Assembly: GCA_047602425.1 (NCBI GenBank)
Contig: JASGHG010000001.1
Location: forward strand, 3,872,001 to 3,936,000
From: Nibricoccus sp.
GTDB lineage: Bacteria; Verrucomicrobiota; Verrucomicrobiia; Opitutales; Opitutaceae
Direction of reading: 5' to 3'
Length of the DNA: 64,000 nucleotides
The notes below the pieces were generated by a model. The model did no database searches and had not been told where the DNA came from. It worked only from the letters and a program-made list of their open reading frames with translations. The position numbers and the translations under genes were made by a program. This document shows positions 1-9,560 of this stretch, piece by piece (the stretch's first letter is position 1; the number at the start of each line of letters is the position of its first letter).

Positions 1-3000
1 TTCCCAATGATGCGCATGCGTCCACCTGCGAGCGTGGTGTCGACGTTTTCCTTGTAGATGGGACTTTTCACGGCGACATAAGCGTTCTGCTCGGAAAAGA
101 ACTGCGAGAGATCGCGCGCGTTGGTAGCGTAGCTGTTGCCCGGGGTGTTCCAGTAATTGTTGAAAAGATGCACGTGCCCGTAGGTGCCGGATGGCATGCG
201 CTGATCGCACAGGGTGGACCACCAATTGTGGTGGAGGGTGATGCGGAGCGGTTTGGTCTCAGCGCCGACGCTGCCCGAAATCATGGTGAAGCGGTGATCG
301 GCCTGGGCGGGCGTGTAGTAGAATTCGCCATACGAAACGGTGACGTTGTCGGCGCCGTTGTTGATGTCGCACATGCCGTCGGCGCAATTGAAGAAGGTGC
401 AATGCGTGACGTAGATATTGTTGGCGCCGTCGCGGATGGTGATGCCGTCACCGCCATCGATATAGCGGCCGTCGGTGCCGAGCGTGGTGCCGGGATTGGT
501 GATATTGAGACCACGGATGATGACGTTGGAAATATTGCCGCTGCCGAGATCGAGGCAGCCGATGATAGTGGCGTCGCCGTCGATGCCCTGAATCGTTTTG
601 TTGGAGCGCACGGCGACCTTGCCGCCGGAAAGCGTGAGCGTTCCGGAGATGGTGATGACCGCGGGGGCGGTGCCTTCAACCAAGGTTTTGAATTGCGCCG
701 CAGTGGTCACAACCACGGGTGCAAGTGAACCGCCGCCGGTGGCGGAAGAGGCGAAGCCATCGGGCACGAGCGAGGCGTAGACGGGATTGACCGTGAGCGT
801 TGCGGCAGCGCTGGTGGTGGAACCGGAAGTGTTGGTGATAAGGACACGGTACTGACCTGCCGCGGCTGTTTGGGCCTGAGCGATGGTATAGGATGGATTG
901 GTCGCGCCGGTGATATTGGCGAAATTGGCGCCGCTATCGGTGCTCTTTTGCCATTGATAGTAGAGCGTGGTATCGCCGGTGGCCACGACAGTGAAGGTGG
1001 CTGAATCGCCCACGTTGATGGACTGCGAGGCGGGCGCGGAGGTAACAACAGGCGTGGCGGAACCGGCGACGACGCGGAGACCGAGTATGTTGCTCATGCT
1101 GGAACCGGTGGAGTCCGTCACTGTGTAGGTGAACCGGGCGAGGCCGACAGCGCCAACGGGCGGCGTGAAGGTGGCGGTTTTGCCGTCGGTGCCGAGTGCA
1201 ACCGTGCCGTTGACCGCACCGGAGACGGTGAAGACGGGACTGCTGGTGTAACCGCGGGCAAGAAGCGAAAGGTCAATGGAGACCGTGCCATTTTGCGGGC
1301 AGTCGGCATGCGGAGCGGCCATCCAATTTAGGAAGTCTTCGAGGTTCGTGTAACCGTCGCCATCCGGATCGGCATTGGCTTCGGAGAAATCGCCCGCGGC
1401 GGAGTTGGGGTTGAAGCCCTTCGCTTTTTCCCACCAGTCGGGCATGCCGTCGCCATCGGAGTCGTAGCCGGAGGCGCGGCTGACGGTCGGATAGTTTTCC
1501 CAGCCGCCAACGTCGGTTTCCACGTCGGGGAAGCCGTGTTTGCCAGTCACGCTGCCGCTATAGGTGTAAGTGCCGGTTAGGGTTTCGTTGACGATGCGGA
1601 TGTCGTGGTCGTCGAGCGCGGGCTGGTTGCAACCGACATCGGAGAGGACGCGCTTGTAGGCGTTGCCCGCGGTTTGGGTTGTGACATACGATGGGAAGAA
1701 TGCGGTGGTGACGAAAGTCTCGTAGGTCGGGGTGGGCACGCCGCTGGAAACGGTGTAGCGACGGCCGGTGTCCTGGGTGGTTTCGTCGAAATAACCAGGC
1801 ATGACATTGCCGGCGAAGTAGGCGCGCTGGGAACCGGCGAAGTCATTTTCGTGATTCATCGTCAGGGCGTACTGGAACAGTGTCGTGCCACTTCCAGGTT
1901 TGTAGTAGTTGTTGACGAAGTCCAATTCCTTGGTGCCGCCATCGGTGGTGCGCGAGCCCCAGTTGTAGACAACATTGTTGGTGATATCGAGGCGTCCGGC
2001 AAAGGCGGCGGAGGCGTCGAGTCCGCCAGCGAGCGACCAATTCCGGCCGTAGCAGTGGGCGAGGAGGTTGTGATGGAAACTGCCGATATCCCCACCGATG
2101 GAGGCGGCGTAGCCATGTTCCGTGCCGGCGAGATTGTCGAGGAACACGTAGTTTGGATGCAGGGCTTTGTTGAGGGCCTCCGAGATCAGCGTGTTTTGCA
2201 ACGTGATGTTTTTGGCGGAACGAGAGCTGAAGGCCTCGTCGATCGTCCAACTGATCGAACAATGGTCGATAATGCAATGGCTGCTACCCTGCATGCCCAT
2301 GCCGTCAACCGCCACGGCGACTTGCGCGCTGACAGGAGTGCCACTGGTGCCGTTGCTATTGGTGGAAATCATGACGGTCTCCAGCGTGCGACCGGGGCGG
2401 GAGCGAAGGTTGCGAATAATCACGTCGTCGGCACCGCTGAGACCGATCGTATATTTTTTAATGCAGATGCCTTTGCCGGGAGCGGTTTGACCGGCAAGGG
2501 TGATATAGTCGCTGTTGATGATGATCTTGGAGTTGAGCGTGATGAGACCCGCGATATCGAACACGATCGTGCGCGGCCCGGTTTCCTGTTCGATGGCGTA
2601 GCGCAGGGTTCCTGGGACCGGCGTGTCGGACGTTGTGTAATCGGCAAGCGAAGTCACATGGACGACTTTGCCGCCACGTCCGCCGCGGGCGAAACGACCA
2701 TAACCTTCCGCTCCCGGGAAGGCCAGGTGGCGCGGACGGAAGTACCAGACGGTGCCCTTGCTGACATTGCCCGAGGCATCGATCTCGTCGATGCGCCAGT
2801 AGTAGGTCGCGAACGGATTGGAGGCGGTTGCGGTGTAGCTAGTCGTGGTTTGGTTGCCCTTGAATTCGGCCGAAGCGTGGGTGGCGGATTGAACGGCGGC
2901 TTTGGAAGTCCCGAAATAGACGTCGTGCGAAACGGCCGTGCCGGCGGTGGCGGCAGCCCAGCTCAGCACGGTGGTTCCGCTGTCACAGTCGACATGTTCG

Positions 3001-6000
3001 TCGGCGTCGACGGGGGCGGGGGTGTTGGCGATGCGGGTGGAGTTGGGTGTGTCGATTTCAAAGCCGTTGATGACAACGTTCTTGGTTGTGGCGGTGGACG
3101 TGGTGTCGGCGGCAAAGAGGATCGTGGTGACGTCGGTCGGGGCGCCGACGGTGAATTCCAGATAGGAAATGGGTGCGGTGGTATCGGTGGCGCGTATGGT
3201 CGGCGTAACGGACGTGACATAGGTGCCATTGAGGGAAACCTGGATTGGCGCCATCGAAACAAGCGCAGTCTGGGCGTCGCCGGCGTTGTGGTAGGTGAGC
3301 AAACTATGACTGCCGGGGGCAAGACCGGTGATCGTCATTTGAATTTGGCCCCCGGCATTGGCGACGGCGGGGGCGACAGTCACGCCATCGCTGACGAGCT
3401 TCTGGCCCTCGGTGGTGGTTCCGGTTGCGTAATAGGTAAACGTAAGCCCGGTGCCGCCGGCGGTCTGGGAGGCGGCGGTTTGCGCGAGGCTGACGCTGAC
3501 GGTAGTGCCGGCGGCGGAGGTGAAGGTCTGCGTGACAGAAGCGGTTCCGGTGGTGGAAACGCCCGTGCTGGCTGCGGTGGTCCACTGCGTGTAGCCCGTG
3601 GCGGTGGTCGAGGCGCTGTTTTTGCCTTCGCGGTTGATATCGACCTTGAGCACGTCGGCTCCGCTCGAGCTGGAGGAACCGGAGGAGGATGAAGACGAAG
3701 AGGACGAACTACTGGACGAAGAACTCGAGCTGCTGGAAGACGAGGATGAGGAACTCGACGAAGACGAACTCGAGCTGCTCGATGATGAAGAGCTTGAAGA
3801 AGAGCTGCTTGAAGACGAACTGCTCGATGAAGAAGATCCGCCGTCGACGGTCAGTGTGGCGGCATTGCTGCTGGTGGAACCGGCGGAATTAGTGATAGTG
3901 ACTGTATAATTGGCGGCATCGGCAGCGGTGACTGAAGCGATGGTGTAGCTGCTCGTCGTAGCACTGGGGATGACCGCACCGTTTTTGTACCATTGATAGC
4001 TTAATGTTTGGGCGCCATTGGCGATGACCGAGAAAACGGCTTGTTGGCCGGACGCCAAAGATTGTAAGACCGGTTGGGAATGGATGATAGGAAGCACAGC
4101 GGGTACCCAGCCATCGCCTGCGGCGGTAGCGGGTGTGCTATCGCTCGTGGTGCCGAAGAAATAGGCGGGATTGCGCAGAAGGATGGCTTCGGCGGACGTA
4201 AGCTGGCGGCTGTAGGAAGCCCGCTGACTTATATCGACAGGCGTGGTGCCAGTGAGGTCGGTGGATTGATATTCCCAGTTGCGCGTGTTCGCGATGTAGG
4301 TGGCATTGATGAAGGAGGAAGACCAGCCGACAGCGGAAACATGAGCATCCATCCGGCAATTGATGAAAATCGGATTTCCGTACGTGGTGGCGTCGACGGA
4401 CGTGCGGCCGAGACTGTAACTGAACGAGCTGCCTGACGGGCGGGTAATCGTGCAATCGATGAAACCGAAGCCGAACTTGTTGGCAGGTGTGCGCGCCTGG
4501 GTCAGGTCGCCGCCATTTATGCAACGCAGTTCGCAATTCTTGAACATGGCGGTGCCGCCTCCCCAAACGAAATCGGTGTCGCCTTGAATGAGGCAATCTT
4601 GGAAATAGTTGCCGGCACCGAGTAGCAGCGTGTCTTGAAAACTCTTGATCGTGCATCCGAGAAAACAATTGCGCGCGCCATCGCTCCGCAAAGCCTCGGC
4701 CTGGCCGCCGCCCTTCGGTGTACTATTGTTAATGGTTAGGTTTGCGATGACGAGGTCGTTGCCCTTTGCGAAGAAACTCACGCGCAGGGTGGTGTCGCTA
4801 TTGAGAGGAGCGTTGTTGGGATATTCGACGACGGTTTGGTCGCGGTTTTCGCCGACGAGGGTGATTTGGTGGCGATTGCCGTAGTTAATGATCTCCTCGT
4901 AGATGCCATTGCGCAGATTAATCCGCACCGGCGTGGTGTTGCCCGTCGGGATGAAATCCAAGGCTCCCTGCAACGTGGAGAAATCGCCGCTGCCGTCGCT
5001 GGCCACGGTGAAGGTCGTTTGGGTGGGCACGCTGGTTGGAGCCGAGGACTTCGTGGTGAATGTCCACGCGGTTTTTCCAGTGACGGCGGGCAATGTGGCG
5101 CCGGTGGAGTCGAGGATGGCGCCTGGTTCGATATTTACATAATAAGAAGTGTTGTAACCCAGCACGGTACCAGACTTCAGCGTGATGCGGGCCTCGTTGC
5201 CGACGATCAATACCGGGAAGTATTTATAATTAGTGCTGCCGCCGGAGCCGCCGATATTTTTGGTTTGGTAGCGATAAGCGATGGACGCATTCGTGAACAG
5301 CGTGAGGGCCGCGAGGTCGATCGTTTCAACGACAGAATCGTCCGATGTTTTACGGACTGTAATTTTGCCGGTTTCGCCGAGGCGGGGTGCTGACGTGAAA
5401 CGCACGACAAGTGGCGTGTCGGGATTGATGGCTGTTGCACTGTTGCTCGGTCCGAAAACAACGGTCTGGGCGGTGGAAATACCGACATAAACGACATTGC
5501 TGGTGACCGAACCGGCAGAATTTGACGCCGTTACCGTATAATATCCGGAGTTTGCTGCGGAGAAATTGGAGATTTGGATCGTGTCTGTAGTGGCGCCGCT
5601 GATACCGGAGCCATCGCTCACGGCGGCTCCATTGAGCTTCCAGACGTAAGTTGTGGGAACGGGCGTGCCCGATCCCGCGTCCGCGACCACGCTGATCGAG
5701 GTCGTCGCGCCAGCCGTGACGACGGTGCTCAAGGGCTGGGTGGTGATAACAGGTTTTACGGTAAGGGTCGCCGCGTCGCTCACGGCATCAGGAGGCACGC
5801 CATTCTGAACCTTTACGCGGTAGTAACCGGCATCCGCGGTTTGGACATTGAGGATTTGCAGCTGAGACGAGTTCGAGCCAGGGATATCGGTGAACGTGAC
5901 GTTGTCTGAGCTCTTCTGCCAAGAATAGGTGAGAGGCGAGGTACCACTGGCGACGACACTAAAAGTTACAGTTCCGTTAATGGATGCTGTTTGGCTCACA

Positions 6001-7154
6001 GGCTGGCTGGAAATCCCAGGAGCGACCGCCGAGGAAGAAAGCGAAAGTGCGCACGTGGTGCTGGTTGTCGGTCCGCCCTGACTCGTTACGACCACGTCGT
6101 ACGATCCTTGATCGGCATTTGTCACGCCGTTCAGTACCAGGGTGGCGGTCGCCGCGCTGGGGTTGGCCACCGTATCGATGGGTGCTCCGTCTTTGCGCCA
6201 GCGATAGGCGAGATCGGTGAAAGGACTGGCGAGGCCAACGGTGCCGTTGAGAACCGCCGTCGCGGGGATCGAAGCCGTGCCGCCGGAGACGACAGTCATT
6301 GTCGGTGGCGGCTGGGCTGTGATGGTTGCGAGCGGGAAACGAATGATTTGGAAACCATTCAGGAAATTCTGCCCGCTGGTATGTTTTGACTGGGTGATGA
6401 CGAGCGTACCGGTGCCGTCCGATTTCCCATGAAGAACATTCCAGCCATTGCCGATAGCGATTGGATTTCCATTTGCATCCAGAACCGAAACGGGAGAAGC
6501 CAGACCGGCGCTGAGTGCGGATGCGGGATTTGTGCTCCATACATTGGCAGCGGCCAAAGTAACAGTTGTCCCTTGGTTGGTGGCATTTCCGGAGCCGTAA
6601 AAGTAAACGTCGTAAGCGGCATTCGCGTCGGGAAGGCCGGCGATTGTATAAACAATGGAATTTTCGCCCCGCTGCTGACGCCATGCACTGCCCATCAAGC
6701 CCGCGGGATTGGGGCTCGCGCCGGACTGGCTGACGTTGGATATGCCATCGTTGTTCGACGCGGCGAAATTGATCGTGACATTGACGGTGACCGGACTGGC
6801 GGCGCCTGTTGAATCGACCAGGCTTTTGGGAGCCGCGTAAAGGTTGTAGGTGCCGAGAGCGCTCGCGGCCTTGGGATTTCCGATATTGCCGGGTGGATTC
6901 AGCACCGAGGTGACGGCGGGAAATTCATTCCAAATGATGCCGGTGTTGGTCTGCGCTGCCGCGCTGTAGCTTCCTCCGGCCGGAGGTGCAATTGTGGCCG
7001 TGGCGGCTGCCGCGGTATTGCTGCTGAGATGCACAAAATAGCCGCGTCCGCTTTGGGCATGAACAGGCAACGCGACAAAAACAAGGCCCAGCATTACGAA
7101 GAATGTTTTGGCGATTGAATGAGGATAGGGCCTGGTGGGGACGGTGTGGGGCAT
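1..7154 (-). CDS. Giant secreted multidomain pectinolytic enzyme (Ig-like repeats + CE8 pectin methylesterase + poly-Ser linker + two PL1 pectate lyase domains); 3' end lies outside the window
   Basis: Hand translation from ATG at 7154 (MPHTVPTRPYPHSIAKTFFVMLGLVFVALPVHAQ, signal peptide-like) stays open to the window edge (2384 codons), so it is absent from the ORF track. CE8 motifs NGIYEE, QAEAL, QDTL, GDTDFVWG, LGR (~5010-4090). PL1 motifs AFPGAEGYG..GGRGG, IIDHCSISWTIDE (~2735-1330). Second PL1: DGMCD, TLHHNW, QRMP (~770-1). Ig motifs such as YQWYKNG and YQWQKS. Confidence 0.9.
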   Translation of the reverse strand, partial: MPHTVPTRPYPHSIAKTFFVMLGLVFVALPVHAQSGRGYFVHLSSNTAAAATATIAPPAGGSYSAAAQTNTGIIWNEFPAVTSVLNPPGNIGNPKAASALGTYNLYAAPKSLVDSTGAASPVTVNVTINFAASNNDGISNVSQSGASPNPAGLMGSAWRQQRGENSIVYTIAGLPDANAAYDVYFYGSGNATNQGTTVTLAAANVWSTNPASALSAGLASPVSVLDANGNPIAIGNGWNVLHGKSDGTGTLVITQSKHTSGQNFLNGFQIIRFPLATITAQPPPTMTVVSGGTASIPATAVLNGTVGLASPFTDLAYRWRKDGAPIDTVANPSAATATLVLNGVTNADQGSYDVVVTSQGGPTTSTTCALSLSSSAVAPGISSQPVSQTASINGTVTFSVVASGTSPLTYSWQKSSDNVTFTDIPGSNSSQLQILNVQTADAGYYRVKVQNGVPPDAVSDAATLTVKPVITTQPLSTVVTAGATTSISVVADAGSGTPVPTTYVWKLNGAAVSDGSGISGATTDTIQISNFSAANSGYYTVTASNSAGSVTSNVVYVGISTAQTVVFGPSNSATAINPDTPLVVRFTSAPRLGETGKITVRKTSDDSVVETIDLAALTLFTNASIAYRYQTKNIGGSGGSTNYKYFPVLIVGNEARITLKSGTVLGYNTSYYVNIEPGAILDSTGATLPAVTGKTAWTFTTKSSAPTSVPTQTTFTVASDGSGDFSTLQGALDFIPTGNTTPVRINLRNGIYEEIINYGNRHQITLVGENRDQTVVEYPNNAPLNSDTTLRVSFFAKGNDLVIANLTINNSTPKGGGQAEALRSDGARNCFLGCTIKSFQDTLLLGAGNYFQDCLIQGDTDFVWGGGTAMFKNCELRCINGGDLTQARTPANKFGFGFIDCTITRPSGSSFSYSLGRTSVDATTYGNPIFINCRMDAHVSAVGWSSSFINATYIANTRNWEYQSTDLTGTTPVDISQRASYSRQLTSAEAILLRNPAYFFGTTSDSTPATAAGDGWVPAVLPIIHSQPVLQSLASGQQAVFSVIANGAQTLSYQWYKNGAVIPSATTSSYTIASVTAADAANYTVTITNSAGSTSSNAATLTVDGGSSSSSSSSSSSSSSSSSSSSSSSSSSSSSSSSSSSSSSSSSSSSSSSSSSSSGSSSSSGADVLKVDINREGKNSASTTATGYTQWTTAASTGVSTTGTASVTQTFTSAAGTTVSVSLAQTAASQTAGGTGLTFTYYATGTTTEGQKLVSDGVTVAPAVANAGGQIQMTITGLAPGSHSLLTYHNAGDAQTALVSMAPIQVSLNGTYVTSVTPTIRATDTTAPISYLEFTVGAPTDVTTILFAADTTSTATTKNVVINGFEIDTPNSTRIANTPAPVDADEHVDCDSGTTVLSWAAATAGTAVSHDVYFGTSKAAVQSATHASAEFKGNQTTTSYTATASNPFATYYWRIDEIDASGNVSKGTVWYFRPRHLAFPGAEGYGRFARGGRGGKVVHVTSLADYTTSDTPVPGTLRYAIEQETGPRTIVFDIAGLITLNSKIIINSDYITLAGQTAPGKGICIKKYTIGLSGADDVIIRNLRSRPGRTLETVMISTNSNGTSGTPVSAQVAVAVDGMGMQGSSHCIIDHCSISWTIDEAFSSRSAKNITLQNTLISEALNKALHPNYVFLDNLAGTEHGYAASIGGDIGSFHHNLLAHCYGRNWSLAGGLDASAAFAGRLDITNNVVYNWGSRTTDGGTKELDFVNNYYKPGSGTTLFQYALTMNHENDFAGSQRAYFAGNVMPGYFDETTQDTGRRYTVSSGVPTPTYETFVTTAFFPSYVTTQTAGNAYKRVLSDVGCNQPALDDHDIRIVNETLTGTYTYSGSVTGKHGFPDVETDVGGWENYPTVSRASGYDSDGDGMPDWWEKAKGFNPNSAAGDFSEANADPDGDGYTNLEDFLNWMAAPHADCPQNGTVSIDLSLLARGYTSSPVFTVSGAVNGTVALGTDGKTATFTPPVGAVGLARFTYTVTDSTGSSMSNILGLRVVAGSATPVVTSAPASQSINVGDSATFTVVATGDTTLYYQWQKSTDSGANFANITGATNPSYTIAQAQTAAAGQYRVLITNTSGSTTSAAATLTVNPVYASLVPDGFASSATGGGSLAPVVVTTAAQFKTLVEGTAPAVITISGTLTLSGGKVAVRSNKTIQGIDGDATIIGCLDLGSGNISNVIIRGLNITNPGTTLGTDGRYIDGGDGITIRDGANNIYVTHCTFFNCADGMCDINNGADNVTVSYGEFYYTPAQADHRFTMISGSVGAETKPLRITLHHNWWSTLCDQRMPSGTYGHVHLFNNYWNTPGNSYATNARDLSQFFSEQNAYVAVKSPIYKENVDTTLAGGRMRIIG
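3663..3836 (-). repeat. Poly-serine linker (52 consecutive Ser, Gly, 5 Ser) inside the giant CDS
   Basis: Minus-strand codons at 3836-3681 are all Ser and use TCT, TCA, TCG, TCC, AGC and AGT. Confidence 0.9.
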
Positions 7155-7404
7155 GGCGAGAAACGGTTTATCAATGCGCAAGCGGACCTGCGAAAATTTA
7201 GCTGCGATCTGGCAGTTGGGGGAGGGAGGGGCTGGATGGCCGTGTGAAAAATCACGGCTGGTGATGCACGCTCAGCAAAAGCACAGGCTTGCGGAACGGG
7301 CAACGGGAGCCTAGTTCACATCGTTGACCAAAGTCGGGGAAACACCCCGGGCCTGTCATGGGAAATCCATTTGCGCGAATGAGAGCTGTTCGTAACGTTG
7401 GATT

Positions 7405-8376
7405 ATGAGCGATTTTGTTACCGGCGCCGCTGTCACCGAGGCCAAACAGGTGGTTGAAAAACTGCGTGCCAGCATGCGGCAGACGATCAAGGGCAAGGAC
7501 GAGGTGATCGAACAGGTGCTCGTTTGCCTCCTGGCGGGCGGACACGTGCTGATCGAGGATCTTCCGGGCGTCGGCAAGACCACGCTCGCTTATTCGCTCG
7601 CGCGCTCCATGGACTGCGCGTTTTCGCGCATTCAATTTACAAGCGATCTTCTGCCCAGCGACGTGACCGGCGTGGCCATCTATGACGAGACGCGCAAGGA
7701 CTTTGTTTTCAAAAAAGGCCCGGTCTTTGCGAGCGTCGTCTTGGCCGATGAAATCAACCGAACCACGCCCAAGACGCAATCAGCCTTGCTTGAGGTGATG
7801 GACCGCGCGCGGGTGACGGTCGACGGCGTGGCCCATGAGGTCGGACGGCCCTTCATAGTTTTTGCAACGCAAAATCCCGTGGACTACGAGGGCACCTTTG
7901 CGTTGCCGGAAAGCCAGTTGGACCGCTTTTTGATGTGCCTGCAAATGGGCTATCCGCAGCCGCACGACGAAATGGATATCCTGCGCACGGCGCAGACGGC
8001 TTACGACGAGATTGCGATTAAGCCGGTGGCAACCGGTTCGGAAATCCGACAGCTGCAGGAGGTCGCAAAGCAGGTCTTTGTTGAGGACTCGGTGCTCGAT
8101 TATGTGCTGAAAATCGTGACGGCGACGCGGACCGAGGTGGAATTTCACGCTGGCGTGAGTGTCCGCGGTGGACTCGCATTGAAAATCGCCGCTCAGGCGC
8201 GGGCGCTGGTGCATGGGCGCGACTTTGTGGTGCCTGAGGACGTGAGCGAAGTCGTGGCGCCCGTGCTGGTGCATCGCCTGAGTCTGGTGCGGGCGAGTGC
8301 AGATGCTCTTGAAGAACGACGGACTGTGGCGACGGTGCTGAAGCGAATCGTTGCGTCGATTGCCACACCGGTTTGA
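7405..8376 (+). CDS. moxR: MoxR family AAA+ ATPase
   Basis: Walker A GVGKT, RIQFTSDLLPSD, DEINR, ATQNP, LPESQLDRF. Confidence 0.93.
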   Translation: MSDFVTGAAVTEAKQVVEKLRASMRQTIKGKDEVIEQVLVCLLAGGHVLIEDLPGVGKTTLAYSLARSMDCAFSRIQFTSDLLPSDVTGVAIYDETRKDFVFKKGPVFASVVLADEINRTTPKTQSALLEVMDRARVTVDGVAHEVGRPFIVFATQNPVDYEGTFALPESQLDRFLMCLQMGYPQPHDEMDILRTAQTAYDEIAIKPVATGSEIRQLQEVAKQVFVEDSVLDYVLKIVTATRTEVEFHAGVSVRGGLALKIAAQARALVHGRDFVVPEDVSEVVAPVLVHRLSLVRASADALEERRTVATVLKRIVASIATPV

Positions 8377-8438
8377 AAGCGGACGTGTAACGGAAATTCA
8401 ACTCGCAAAAACGCGGCAAAACCAGAAACGCATCGATC

Positions 8439-9560
8439 GTGAGACGCGCACCCAAAAAACGGAACGTCTGGCAGGATGCCGGCGCAACTGTGGGATTCTG
8501 GCGGCGGGTTTTGTGGGCGCTGATCTTTCCCAAGCGCACACAACGCGTCTCGGCCACGCTGCCGGGCTTGGTGCTGATCGGTTTGGCGGTGGGTGTTGGT
8601 GTGGCGGCCTACAACAGCGCAAGCAATATTCTGTTTGTCACGCTTTCCCTTCTTCTCGGCTGCCTTGTTTTAAGCGGCGTGCTCTCCTGGTTGAATTTTA
8701 GGAGGGTGCATTGGCGGTTGGAAGTAGATTCGCCGATGCGCGCAGGCAGGGAGCAGACCGCGACCATTCACCTGCGCAACGACAAGCGGCTTGTGCCGTC
8801 ACAGGCGCTGGTATTTGAGGTTGCGAGCACGAGTGCGCCCGACTTGCGGGAGATCGCGTTGCGGGACCGGCTCGATCCGCAGGCCGAGGCGCAGCTTTCC
8901 TGGGCGGTCAAACCGCTGAAACGCGGGCGTGAACGGGTGGAGCTTGCATTTGTTGGTTCTTTGTTTCCGTTCGGCTTTTTGAGAAAAAGTTTTGCGGCGA
9001 AGACGGCCTGTGAAGTCACGGTCTGGCCGGCGCCGGTCGAATACCGGCGTTTCCCTGTAGCCGCCTGGCGGCGGGCTCAGCCGGGCGCGCCGATGGCACG
9101 GGCGGGACAAAGCGGCGACTTGCTGGCGTTGCGCCACTACCGTGCGGGCGATTCCCACCGGCAGATTCATTGGAAGGCGAGCGCCCGGTTGCGCCGATTG
9201 GTGGTACGACAGTTTTCAGTCGAAAACGAGGAGAGCTTTACGCTCTGGCTGGATGTTCCCGCGTCGATTTGGAAAAACGCCATGCAGTTCGAAACGCTGT
9301 GCAGTTTCGCGGCGACGCTCGCGGAAGACTTGTTCAAACAGGGAAAGTTGGATGGCGTGGCGTTTGGCGGAGAGCCGGTGGTTCCGGTTCGTGGCGTGCG
9401 CGACTTGGAAGTATTTCTCGATCGGGTGGCTGTTTTGCAGCCGGTGGAAAACGAAACCAGCCCGGCGCGGCCGGCCAACAAAAACGTGCTGTCTTTTTCA
9501 CCTGAAGGCGGCAAGGGGGTGATTGCTTATGTCGATGGCGAAGTCGCGGCCACAGCTTGA
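8439..9560 (+). CDS. DUF58 domain protein
   Basis: LRHYRAGDSHRQIHWKASAR motif, N-terminal TM helices, typical position between moxR and a transglutaminase gene. Confidence 0.88.
   Translation: MRRAPKKRNVWQDAGATVGFWRRVLWALIFPKRTQRVSATLPGLVLIGLAVGVGVAAYNSASNILFVTLSLLLGCLVLSGVLSWLNFRRVHWRLEVDSPMRAGREQTATIHLRNDKRLVPSQALVFEVASTSAPDLREIALRDRLDPQAEAQLSWAVKPLKRGRERVELAFVGSLFPFGFLRKSFAAKTACEVTVWPAPVEYRRFPVAAWRRAQPGAPMARAGQSGDLLALRHYRAGDSHRQIHWKASARLRRLVVRQFSVENEESFTLWLDVPASIWKNAMQFETLCSFAATLAEDLFKQGKLDGVAFGGEPVVPVRGVRDLEVFLDRVAVLQPVENETSPARPANKNVLSFSPEGGKGVIAYVDGEVAATA

Noticed and set aside
1605..3692. 695-aa plus-strand ORF and the other track ORFs within 168-7084
   Set aside because: They are antisense or off-frame shadows of the giant minus-strand pectinase gene and show no recognisable motifs.
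3598..3909. Highly acidic E/D/L-rich ORF
   Set aside because: It is simply the antisense reading of the poly-Ser codons.
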